Assembly: GCA_038214715.1 (NCBI GenBank)
Contig: JBBQRP010000001.1
Location: forward strand, 131,646 to 195,645
DNA: 64,000 bases
Origin: Thermoanaerobaculia bacterium
GTDB taxonomy: Bacteria; Acidobacteriota; Thermoanaerobaculia; UBA5066
Direction of reading: 5' to 3'
The translations under genes were made by a program, and so were the position numbers. The notes under the pieces were generated by a model. The model was given only the letters and a program-made list of their open reading frames with translations, was not told the origin of the DNA and did not search any database. Numbering within the stretch: position 1 is the first letter of the stretch; each line of letters starts with the position of its first letter. Below are positions 52,914-60,902 of this stretch, piece by piece.

Positions 52914-53558
52914 GTGGAGCCCCTCGCCGTCACCGTGCTGTGGCGCCACCCCCTCGTCGTGGCCGAGATCCGGAAATGCCTCGAGGGACCGAAGTTCGAC
53001 GTGAGGGACATCCGGATCGTGGCGGGCGCCCCCGCCCTGCCCGATGCGGCCCCTCGTGCCGAATCGCAGCTCGTCATCGTCGACGCGGACGACGACGTGG
53101 CGTCCGCTCTTCCCGTCCTCGAGCGGCTCGCGGAGCTTCACGCCGCGGCGCGAACGCTCGTCCTCGCGGAAGCGTTCGAGGACGAACCGCAAGCGTTTCA
53201 TCTGCTTCGCGCGGGCGTGAAGGGCTTCCTCGCGTACGCGGAGATGACGGAGCGCCTGCCCCAGGCGCTCGATGCCGTCGCGCGGGGAGGCTTCTGGGTT
53301 CCCCGGTCTCTTCTGTCGCGGTTCGTCGAGTCCACCGTGAAGGCCGGCAGCCGCGCGCGTCCGGCGCGGAGGGCCGATCTCACACCGAGGGAGAGCGAGA
53401 TCCTCGAGGACCTGCTGCTCAATCTCGCGAACAAGGAGATCGCGAAGCGGCGGAACCTCTCGAGCCGGACGATCAAGTTCCACGTGTCGAACGTCCTCGC
53501 GAAATACGGCGTCAAGCGGCGCGCAGACCTGCTCCTCCTCTCGTTTCCGGGGCGCTGA
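52914..53558 (+). CDS. LuxR/FixJ-type transcriptional regulator with a degenerate receiver-like N-terminal domain
   Basis: C-terminal HTH LTPRESEILEDLLLNLANKEIAKRRNLSSRTIKFHVSNVLAKYGV. The N-terminal domain lacks the acidic pocket and MP..G motif of a canonical REC. Confidence 0.75.
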   Translation: MEPLAVTVLWRHPLVVAEIRKCLEGPKFDVRDIRIVAGAPALPDAAPRAESQLVIVDADDDVASALPVLERLAELHAAARTLVLAEAFEDEPQAFHLLRAGVKGFLAYAEMTERLPQALDAVARGGFWVPRSLLSRFVESTVKAGSRARPARRADLTPRESEILEDLLLNLANKEIAKRRNLSSRTIKFHVSNVLAKYGVKRRADLLLLSFPGR

Positions 53559-53639
53559 ACTCTTCGCTCTCCGCTCGCGGGCGCGCGATTGTCCTCGATC
53601 GTACGCGCCGCCAGCGGGCGGTTGCGGTAGATTCCGCGC

Positions 53640-54200
53640 GTGGTCGAATCCCTGACGACGCCCTACCTCCTGCTCGCTGCCCCCGTGATGCTGGATCCGA
53701 ATTTCTCGAAGACCGTCGTGGTCATGGGTCATCACACGCGGGAGGGAGCGCTGGGATGGATCGTCAATCGCCTGCTCGGCGAGCCTGCCGTCAAGCTTCT
53801 CGCGCCTCCCCTCGACGTCGCCGTCCACCCGGAGACCCCTCTTCGCCTGGGCGGGCCCGTCCTCACGAACGGGCTCGTCGCCCTTTTCGAGCACGCCGTC
53901 GCGGGCGTCGAATCCGTGGAGATGGCTCCGGGTCTGCGCGTGTCGGCTGCCGCCGAGATCCTTCCGAAACTCTTCACCGCGCCGCCGTCGTCGGGCACGC
54001 CCGGACTCCTCGTCATGGGGTATTCCGGCTGGGACGCCGATCAGCTCGAGAACGAAATGGAGCTCGGCTCCTGGCTCGTCCTCCCCTGGGAGCCGGAGCT
54101 CGTCTTCACGAACGACGTGAACAACCTCTGGGAGCGCGCTCTCGCGCGCCTCGGCGTCGACCCCGCGTCCGTCTCGTCGTCGTCCACGGGCGTGAGCTGA
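53640..54200 (+). CDS. YqgE/AlgH-family (UPF0301) protein
   Basis: DPNFSKTVVVMGHHTREGALGWIVNR matches the family N-terminus. 186 aa. Confidence 0.8.
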   Translation: MVESLTTPYLLLAAPVMLDPNFSKTVVVMGHHTREGALGWIVNRLLGEPAVKLLAPPLDVAVHPETPLRLGGPVLTNGLVALFEHAVAGVESVEMAPGLRVSAAAEILPKLFTAPPSSGTPGLLVMGYSGWDADQLENEMELGSWLVLPWEPELVFTNDVNNLWERALARLGVDPASVSSSSTGVS

Positions 54201-54201
54201 C

Positions 54202-55008
54202 GTGAACGAGCTCACGGAGCTCGTCCTGCGCCACGGCGTCGGATTCGTCTTCCTGAACGTGCTCCTTCAGCAGCTCGGGATCCCCGTCCCGGCGGTCCCG
54301 ACGCTCCTCGTTGCCGGTGCGCTCGCGGCCGACGGAAAGCTGCCCTTCGGGATGCTCCTCGCCGCGGCGTTTTTCGCGACCGTCGCGGCGGACACGGTGT
54401 GGTTCCTGCTCGGCCGGCGCTACGGGCAGAGAGTCCTCAAGACGCTGTGCCGGATGTCCCTCTCTCCCGATTCATGCGTGCGTCAGACCGAGGGGCTGTT
54501 CGACAGCTGGGGTCTGACCTCGCTCCTGTTCGCGAAGTTCGTGCCGGGCTATTCCACGGTCGCGCCCCCCCTCGCGGGAGCCGCCGGCGCGACGCTGCCG
54601 AGGTTCCTCCTGTTCACGTCCGGCGGAACCTTCCTGTGGGCCGGGAGCGCGCTGACGCTCGGCCTCTTGTTCCATGGCACGATCGATCGCGTCCTGTCGT
54701 TCCTCGCGAGTCTCGGCAGCGGCGCCCTTTCGATCGTCGCCGGGGCGCTCGCCCTCTACATCGGCCTCAAGTGGGCGCAGCGCCGCCGCTTCTACCGGTT
54801 CCTCCGGATGGCGCGCATCCGGGTCGGAGATCTCCGGCGTCTCATGGACGAAGGCCAGTCGCCCCTGATCGTGGACGTGCGCTCGAGCAACGCGCGGGCG
54901 CGCGACACGCGTCGGATTCCTGGGGCGATCGTCGTGAACATCACGGAGCTGGACGAGAAGATCTCGCACCTGCCCACGGAGCGGGAGATCGTTCTCTACT
55001 GTACGTGA
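54202..55008 (+). CDS. DedA-family membrane protein fused to a rhodanese-like domain. The ORF stops at an in-frame TGA inside the rhodanese active-site loop (YCT*). See the continuation feature below.
   Basis: DedA core LLQQLGIPVPAVPTLLVAGALA. C-terminal rhodanese N-half PLIVDVRSSNARARDTRRIPGAIVVNI...EREIVLYC, then the TGA. Confidence 0.8.
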   Translation: MNELTELVLRHGVGFVFLNVLLQQLGIPVPAVPTLLVAGALAADGKLPFGMLLAAAFFATVAADTVWFLLGRRYGQRVLKTLCRMSLSPDSCVRQTEGLFDSWGLTSLLFAKFVPGYSTVAPPLAGAAGATLPRFLLFTSGGTFLWAGSALTLGLLFHGTIDRVLSFLASLGSGALSIVAGALALYIGLKWAQRRRFYRFLRMARIRVGDLRRLMDEGQSPLIVDVRSSNARARDTRRIPGAIVVNITELDEKISHLPTEREIVLYCT

Positions 55009-55176
55009 CCCAATGAAGCCTCGGCGGCCCGTGTGGCACGCCTTCTCATGGATCGCGGGTTCACCCTCGTGAGGCCTCTCGAGGGCGGTCTCGACGCGTG
55101 GGAGGAGGCCGGTTACGAAATCGAGGCGGACCGGATCCCGATCAGCCCCTCGGGATCATTCCCGCCCGCGCCCTGA
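55009..55176 (+). other. In-frame continuation of the rhodanese domain after the TGA (PNEASAARVARLLMDRGFTLVRPLEGGLDAWEEAGYEIE...). This is either read-through by selenocysteine, or a pseudogene remnant.
   Basis: Same frame as 54202..55008. The sequence aligns with the rhodanese C-half (..AA..L...GF.V..L.GG..AW...G) and loop length is preserved if TGA is decoded. A GC hairpin lies 15 nt downstream. Confidence 0.6.
55023..55042 (+). other. SECIS-like hairpin candidate immediately downstream of the in-frame TGA
   Basis: GGCGGCC-cgugu-GGC(A)CGCC. A 7-bp stem with a bulged A and a GU-containing apical loop, centred ~25 nt 3-prime of the UGA. Confidence 0.3.
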
Positions 55177-55199
55177 TTCACTCGAGGTGGATCTGGCCC

Positions 55200-55610
55200 T
55201 CAGGCCCGTTCCCAGATCTCGTCCACGACGACGTCCGGATGCAACGAGCGCCTCACGGGGCAGGTCTTCCCCGCGTGGACGAGTCTCTCGAAGTCGGCGT
55301 CGCCGCAGGGAGAGGAAATCCGGTACCGCGCGACGAGCCTCGCGATGCGACGGGGTGGGTCCTGCGTCATCTGCTTCTCGATCTCGAACGTCACGCCCGT
55401 CACGGGGATGCCGCAGCGCACCGCGTACAGGCTCAGAGTCGTCGTCGCGCACGCGCCAAGAGAGGCGGCGCAAAGATCCGTCGGAGAGAACCGGCTTCCA
55501 TCGCCGCCGTTGTCCTTCGGCGCCGTCGTGTCGATCAGCGCGCCGGAGGGGCCGTGCCGGAGTTCAGTGCCGGTCGGGGAGGAAAGTCTGCCGGAGATGA
55601 GGACGCTCAT
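55200..55610 (-). CDS. OsmC/Ohr-family peroxiredoxin-like protein
   Basis: Cys-pair region LCAASLGACATTTL and ...CGDADF. 136 aa. Confidence 0.85.
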   Translation of the reverse strand: MSVLISGRLSSPTGTELRHGPSGALIDTTAPKDNGGDGSRFSPTDLCAASLGACATTTLSLYAVRCGIPVTGVTFEIEKQMTQDPPRRIARLVARYRISSPCGDADFERLVHAGKTCPVRRSLHPDVVVDEIWERA

Positions 55611-55624
55611 GGAAAGAGTCTAGT

Positions 55625-56506
55625 TCAGGGAGCCGCTCCGGCGGGCGGCAGCGGCCACACCGGCAGGGCGAGGAGATCCTCGGGGTTCACACGCGCCGCC
55701 CGCAGCTTCGCGCCCCAGTGAAGATGTGGGCCCGTGACGCGGCCCGTGTGCCCGGCCGCGCCCAGCCGGCTGCCCTTCTCCACGTCGGCACCTTCTTTCA
55801 CGTCGATCCGCGACAGGTGGAAGTACTGGGTGAAGAGTCCCGCCCCGTGGTCGATGAGAACGGTCCCGCCGCTGAAGTAAAAGTCCCCCGCGAGCGCGAC
55901 ACGGCCGTTCCCCGCCGCAAAGACGGGCGTCCCTTCGGCCGCGGCGAGGTCGAGGCCGGCGTGGACGCTTTTCGTCTTGCCGTTGTATACGCGGCGGGCT
56001 CCGAAGTTTCCGTTCGAGATCGCCTTAACGGGCCGCGAAAACGACGTGAAGAGGCGCGTGGGCGCTCCGCGCCGGTAGGCTTCGGCGATCCGCGCCTGCT
56101 CGGCCTTCACGCGCTCGATCTCCTCTTTCGGGACTTCCACGAACCGCGGATCGACGGACAGCTTCTGGACCCGGAAGATTCCGGCTCGGATCTCGAGCTT
56201 CCACGGGAACCGGATCGATTCATCCGGCGATTCGAACGAAAGAGGGCGTGGGCCGGTCGGCGCGGCCAGGTCCACGGGGAGGAGTCCCCGGAAGACCGTC
56301 CCCGAGGCCGCGCGCTCGAGCGCCGTTCGTATTTCCCCGTCGACCATGACGAGGGCCGCGAGAGGGCGCTCGCTCGCGACGGTGACGAGAACGACGTCAC
56401 CCTGCCGCGGGGACGCGATGGACGCGGTCACCGTGATCCCCGGGGAGGGGGCGGGGCCAGCGCCGGAGGCGATGAGCGCCGCGAGGAGCAGGGAAGCGAG
56501 GCTCAC
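55625..56506 (-). CDS. M23-family (LytM-type) metallopeptidase, secreted
   Basis: HAGLDLAAAEGTPV (HxxxD), ...GHTGRVTGPHLHW (HxH). Signal peptide VSLASLLLAALIASGAG. GTG 56506 overlaps the acylase stop. The track ORF 55625..57118 is a composite. Confidence 0.85.
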   Translation of the reverse strand: MSLASLLLAALIASGAGPAPSPGITVTASIASPRQGDVVLVTVASERPLAALVMVDGEIRTALERAASGTVFRGLLPVDLAAPTGPRPLSFESPDESIRFPWKLEIRAGIFRVQKLSVDPRFVEVPKEEIERVKAEQARIAEAYRRGAPTRLFTSFSRPVKAISNGNFGARRVYNGKTKSVHAGLDLAAAEGTPVFAAGNGRVALAGDFYFSGGTVLIDHGAGLFTQYFHLSRIDVKEGADVEKGSRLGAAGHTGRVTGPHLHWGAKLRAARVNPEDLLALPVWPLPPAGAAP

Positions 56507-58779
56507 GGGACGAAGGTCCCGGTCTCGCGGGCGGACCTCGCGAGACGCGTCGCCGCCCCGGACGAATCGCCGTCCCGCCAGTAGCGCAGCTGGTCGAAGC
56601 GGTGCCGGGAGCCCACGTGCCCCGAGACGCCGAACGGGACGACGAGCGTCGTGTCGCCCGGCGCGCCCCAGTCCACGATGAAGCGCATCGACTGCCCGAA
56701 CGTCGGGGAGGCGACGCGCACGACGCCCGTCGCGCCCTGCTGTGCGAAGGAGGGCGGATCGAAGAGCCACGAGAGTCCGGGAACGCGGCCGAGCGGATGG
56801 CGCACGCGGAGGCGGTTCGCCTCGCCCCACCGGAGTCGTCCCTCGTCCTTCCCGTACTTCGCTTCGAGCTCGCGGGTGGCGGCGTCCCATGCGCCCTTCA
56901 CGAACGATCCCTTCGGGCCGAGGCCGGCGCGGACGTACGCCGCGTCGTCCGCGCGCGCGAGATCGAGAGCGCGATACTCGGGGAGCCCGAAATCGGGAGC
57001 GACGCGCCAGGCACGGAGAGCCCGCTCTCCGAGAGCCCGGCGGAACACGCGCGCGACGAGGAATGTTGCGGACCCTTCCTCGGCGCGCCCGTCCCACCCA
57101 CGGAAGCGCGCGCTCCAATCGCCCGGAAGAAGCGGCGCAAGAGCCTCCATCGTGGCCGCGAGCGTGGGCGAGGCCGTATCGAGCTGGATGGCCTCGATCG
57201 CCGCGCGGTCCAGCTTGCGTCCCGCACGCGCCGACTCCTCGAGCAGCGTTGCGATCCGGCGCGCGCGCGTGGGCGACGGCCAGTCCGCGCCGAGGGAGTG
57301 CGGCCAGCTCGTCCCCGCCACGCGCTGGTTCGCCGTCGCGATAAAACCCTCACGCGGATTCACGGTGCGGGGCATCTCGCCCTGAGGCACGAACCCGCGC
57401 CAGTCGTTCCCGGCGTCCGACCCGTCGTAGGGAATGCTGCCGTCCGTGCCGGGTCGACGGATCGGAACGAGCCCGGTCGCGCGCCAGCCGATGTTTCCGC
57501 TGGCGTCGGCCCAGACGACGTTCTGTCCCGGGCCCAGGAAACCGTCGAGCGCGCGCTCGACTCCCGCCGGATCGCCGGCTCTCATCACGTTCGAGGACGG
57601 GAGCCTCAGGTTCGCGGGATCGAGGGCGACCCACTTCAGCGCGAGGTTTCCCGTCACGAGCGGGCCGTGCGAGGTGGTTCTCACGACGAGCCGCTCGGGC
57701 GCGCGCCCCCGGATCCGGATCGTCTCCTCGCGCTCCACGAGCTTTTCCCAACCCGCGCCGCGCCGCGCCTTGCCGTCCACGATCGTTTCCCGGTAGAGGT
57801 CCTGGACGTCCGAGCCGAGGCTCGTGAACGCCCACGCGACGCGCTCGTTCCGTCCGATCGTCACGCCCGGCAGACCGGGCAGAGTGACTCCCTCGACGGC
57901 GTGTCCCCCGACGACGAAGCGCATCGGGAGCCAGATGCCCGGCGCGTTGAGCCCGAGATGCGGGTCGTTCGCGAGAATCGGCTTTCCGCTCTTCGTGAGC
58001 GCTCCCGAGACGGCCCAGTTGTTCGACCCCGCCCGCTCGTCCCGGTCGTCCGACCCCCAAAAGCCGAGCGCCGGAGACGCAGCGGCGACGAGATCCGGCA
58101 GCGCGGGGAGCTCGGGCTTTTCGCCATCCGGTACGAGCAGGACGTCGTCCGCCGTGTAGGGAGACGTGAGAAAACGGCGGATCGAGGGCGGCCGCGCGAG
58201 AAGGCGTTCGGTGGCGGCCTCTCGCTTCCACGTCGTGGAGAGCTCCTCGCACATCATGAGGAGCACGCGTATCGAGTCGGCCTCCGTGTAGCGCCCGGGG
58301 GTCAGCCGGAGAAGCGCGAACTCGAGCCCCCAGCGGCCCTTGTGCGAGTCGAGAAACGCGTTGATGCCGTCGGTCAGGGCGAGCACGTCCGCCCTCTCGT
58401 CCACGGGGAGGAGCGGGACGGCGGCGTCCGCGACGCGCGCGAACCCGTATGTCCGATGGAGGCGGTCCGACGCGAGGGCGGCGGATCCAAACACCTCGGA
58501 CAGCTCACCGCCCGCGAGACGCCGCTGCAGCTCCATCTGGAAGAGCCGCTCCCGGGCCGTGAGATAGCCCTGCACCCGGTACGCATCCCCGGCATCGGCC
58601 GCGGTGATCGTCGCGACGCCGCGGTCGTCGAACGCGACGGAGACTGTTCCGTGCAATCCCGGAATTTTCGGGAATGCGAGATCCGGGAGGCTGCGGAAGA
58701 CTAAAACACCGAGAGTCGCGCCGGCGACGAGAAGAAGGGCGAGGATCGCCGCGAAGGCGCCCGCGAGCGCACGCTTCAT
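56503..58779 (-). CDS. Penicillin-acylase-family Ntn hydrolase (S45). An AHL-acylase-type function is possible.
   Basis: Signal peptide. Nucleophile motif GSNNWAVSG. ~750 aa with the typical alpha-spacer-beta layout. Confidence 0.85.
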   Translation of the reverse strand: MKRALAGAFAAILALLLVAGATLGVLVFRSLPDLAFPKIPGLHGTVSVAFDDRGVATITAADAGDAYRVQGYLTARERLFQMELQRRLAGGELSEVFGSAALASDRLHRTYGFARVADAAVPLLPVDERADVLALTDGINAFLDSHKGRWGLEFALLRLTPGRYTEADSIRVLLMMCEELSTTWKREAATERLLARPPSIRRFLTSPYTADDVLLVPDGEKPELPALPDLVAAASPALGFWGSDDRDERAGSNNWAVSGALTKSGKPILANDPHLGLNAPGIWLPMRFVVGGHAVEGVTLPGLPGVTIGRNERVAWAFTSLGSDVQDLYRETIVDGKARRGAGWEKLVEREETIRIRGRAPERLVVRTTSHGPLVTGNLALKWVALDPANLRLPSSNVMRAGDPAGVERALDGFLGPGQNVVWADASGNIGWRATGLVPIRRPGTDGSIPYDGSDAGNDWRGFVPQGEMPRTVNPREGFIATANQRVAGTSWPHSLGADWPSPTRARRIATLLEESARAGRKLDRAAIEAIQLDTASPTLAATMEALAPLLPGDWSARFRGWDGRAEEGSATFLVARVFRRALGERALRAWRVAPDFGLPEYRALDLARADDAAYVRAGLGPKGSFVKGAWDAATRELEAKYGKDEGRLRWGEANRLRVRHPLGRVPGLSWLFDPPSFAQQGATGVVRVASPTFGQSMRFIVDWGAPGDTTLVVPFGVSGHVGSRHRFDQLRYWRDGDSSGAATRLARSARETGTFVP

Positions 58780-58804
58780 GCGGCGGCGGGGACCATCGAC
58801 GGCA

Positions 58805-59371
58805 TCAGCCCTTCTTCTTCGGGGCGCCCTGTTTCGCGAGGGGCTCGACCCACATCTCTTCGACGCGGCGCTGCTGGTTCTCGGACATTCCCATACGGTA
58901 GCGAAGCCGGATGCCGCACTGGGGTACCAGCCAGGACGACACGCCCGGATCGGACGCCACGGGAGTTCCCTTGCCGTAACGTTCGAGAATGCCCTCGTAG
59001 AGCCCCGACGGCGGGTCGAGAAGATAGTGAAGGGCCACGACCTTCGCGTCCATCGCCTCCGACGAATAGGTGACGTCCACCGTCCACGGGCGGCCCTCGG
59101 GAGTGTGGTGCACCTTCAGGTCACGAACGACCGTCTTCCTGGAGGGCTCGTGCAGCGCCATACGCTCGAAGGAGAACGCGCGGGTCTGCCCGACCTCGAG
59201 GCCGGCGAGCCCGGGACAGGGGGGCGGCGTCGGTTGTGCCGCCGGGGCACTGGACGGCGCGGCGGAACCGGGCCCCGTCTCTTTCGTCTGGACCTGGATC
59301 TGCGCGGCGGCCGGAAGCGACGCGAACGCCGCCAGCGAAAGGCTCGTGAAAAGGACAAGGGAAGCTTTCAT
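58805..59371 (-). CDS. Small secreted hypothetical protein
   Basis: Internal ATG 59371 gives MKASLVLFTSLSLAAFASLPAAAQ (signal peptide) followed by a Pro-rich linker. The upstream part of the track ORF is an artefact. Confidence 0.55.
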   Translation of the reverse strand: MKASLVLFTSLSLAAFASLPAAAQIQVQTKETGPGSAAPSSAPAAQPTPPPCPGLAGLEVGQTRAFSFERMALHEPSRKTVVRDLKVHHTPEGRPWTVDVTYSSEAMDAKVVALHYLLDPPSGLYEGILERYGKGTPVASDPGVSSWLVPQCGIRLRYRMGMSENQQRRVEEMWVEPLAKQGAPKKKG

Positions 59372-59471
59372 CGAAACTCCTGAACGGGATGCCCGGCCGT
59401 GCCGGCACCGGATCCCTCGAAGACGCGAGGAGCGTGCCAGATCGAAAATCAAAGTGTACCAGCCGGCTCCG

Positions 59472-60902
59472 TCAGGGGGTCGTCGCGAACTCGAGGAGGA
59501 CGCGTCTCATCCGTTCGATCCCGTCCATGAAGTAGGGCAGGAGGATGTACTCGTTCTCGTGGTGAATCGTCGACGCCTCGTAGATGCTCACCGCGAACGG
59601 AGAAACTCCGTAGACCCTGAGTCCCCGATCGCGGATGAAGGCCGCGGACGTGGCCTGTCCGCTGAGGATGTAGGGCCCGACCGGCGCGTTCTCGGGATCG
59701 AGACCGAACACGTCCGCGACGGCACGGTAGGCCTTTCCCTCGGTGGGGCTCGCGACGCAGTCGTGGGTCTCGAGAACGCGGTGGAGCGTGAAGCCCCTCG
59801 CGCGGATCCAGCCCTCGAGTTCGGCACGGGCGGACGCGACGGAGCTCCCGGGGAGGAGCGTCCGCACGGCCCGAATCGTGAAACCCTCCGGCGTCTTCTG
59901 GATGGAGCCCACGTAAATGCTGTCCTTGAGGAGGGACCTGTAGACCTCCGGAACGTCCTTCCAGGCATCCGCCCCGGGTGCGAGCTTCTCGGCGCCGTCC
60001 ATCATGTAGCGCCCCCAGACGTCGGAGCGGGACGGCGCGATGAACTTCAGGAACTCGCGAACGGCCGGGACCAGCCGGACGGCCTGCTCGGAATCGCGCA
60101 GCTTCAGGAACTCGCGAAAATCCTCGAGCGGCTTCGAGTCCCTCGACACCACATCGACGGACAACACAGCTTTCTGCATCGTCTCGATACCGAAGCGCTC
60201 GATGTGGCCGGACTTCACCTCGTTCACGCCCCCTTCGTTGAAGACGTCCGTGACGCCGGCGATGAGGTCCGGACGGTGATCGAGAAGCCATCCGACGCCG
60301 AGGTCGTCCCGAAAGGTCTCCTCGCCGGACTCGGCGATGAAGACGACGTCCCGGAGCGGAACGAGCCCGGCACGCGCGAGCGACGCCATCGCGAGGAGAT
60401 TCGCGACCGTCTGACCCTTCATGTCGAGCGTCCCGCGCCCGTACAGGCGGTCTCGCTCGATGCCGGTCCCGCGCTCAGCGGCGAACGGGGGCTTCGTCCA
60501 CGCGGCGGCGTTGCCCGCTGGAACGACGTCCACGTGATTGAGGAGCGCGAGCGCGCCGCCGGGCATCCGTCCCCGAAGGCGCGCCACGAGGATCGGGCGC
60601 TCCGGGTCGTCACCGGTGATCGTCACGGGAATCCCCTCGCACGCCAGCGTGCGCGCGAGAAATTCGACCGCGGGGCGGGTGATTCCCGGCGGGTTCGAGG
60701 TGTCGAAGCGCACGTACTCGGAGAGAAGCCTCACGGCCTCGGTCTTCATCGCGGCGTCCGATTCGATATCGAGACGGCGGATTGCGAGCGGCGCCGAGAG
60801 CCGCGAGACGAGGAAGGGGATCGCCCAAAGTGCGAGACCCGCGAAGACGACCGCACCGCCATACAGCGAAAGCCTTCGCTTCGCGTTCCGAGAGATCGTC
60901 AT
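59472..60902 (-). CDS. M20-family metallopeptidase (ArgE/DapE/CPG2-like) with an N-terminal TM anchor
   Basis: HVDVVP, GTLDMKG, ESGEE metal-binding motifs. N-terminal helix LYGGAVVFAGLALWAIPFLV. ATG 60902 overlaps the upstream stop. The track ORF 59472..61496 is a composite. Confidence 0.85.
   Translation of the reverse strand: MTISRNAKRRLSLYGGAVVFAGLALWAIPFLVSRLSAPLAIRRLDIESDAAMKTEAVRLLSEYVRFDTSNPPGITRPAVEFLARTLACEGIPVTITGDDPERPILVARLRGRMPGGALALLNHVDVVPAGNAAAWTKPPFAAERGTGIERDRLYGRGTLDMKGQTVANLLAMASLARAGLVPLRDVVFIAESGEETFRDDLGVGWLLDHRPDLIAGVTDVFNEGGVNEVKSGHIERFGIETMQKAVLSVDVVSRDSKPLEDFREFLKLRDSEQAVRLVPAVREFLKFIAPSRSDVWGRYMMDGAEKLAPGADAWKDVPEVYRSLLKDSIYVGSIQKTPEGFTIRAVRTLLPGSSVASARAELEGWIRARGFTLHRVLETHDCVASPTEGKAYRAVADVFGLDPENAPVGPYILSGQATSAAFIRDRGLRVYGVSPFAVSIYEASTIHHENEYILLPYFMDGIERMRRVLLEFATTP

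Noticed and set aside
55009-55176. Treating the post-TGA rhodanese continuation as an independent small gene
   Set aside because: No start codon with an SD at its 5-prime end (first in-frame Met is at 55050, mid-domain). The segment is only meaningful as the in-frame continuation of 54202..55008.
55625-57118. 497-aa composite ORF (M23 peptidase region)
   Set aside because: It is the M23 peptidase (from GTG 56506) preceded by Arg-rich out-of-frame read-through of the acylase gene. The M20 ORF 59472..61496 is trimmed the same way to ATG 60902.
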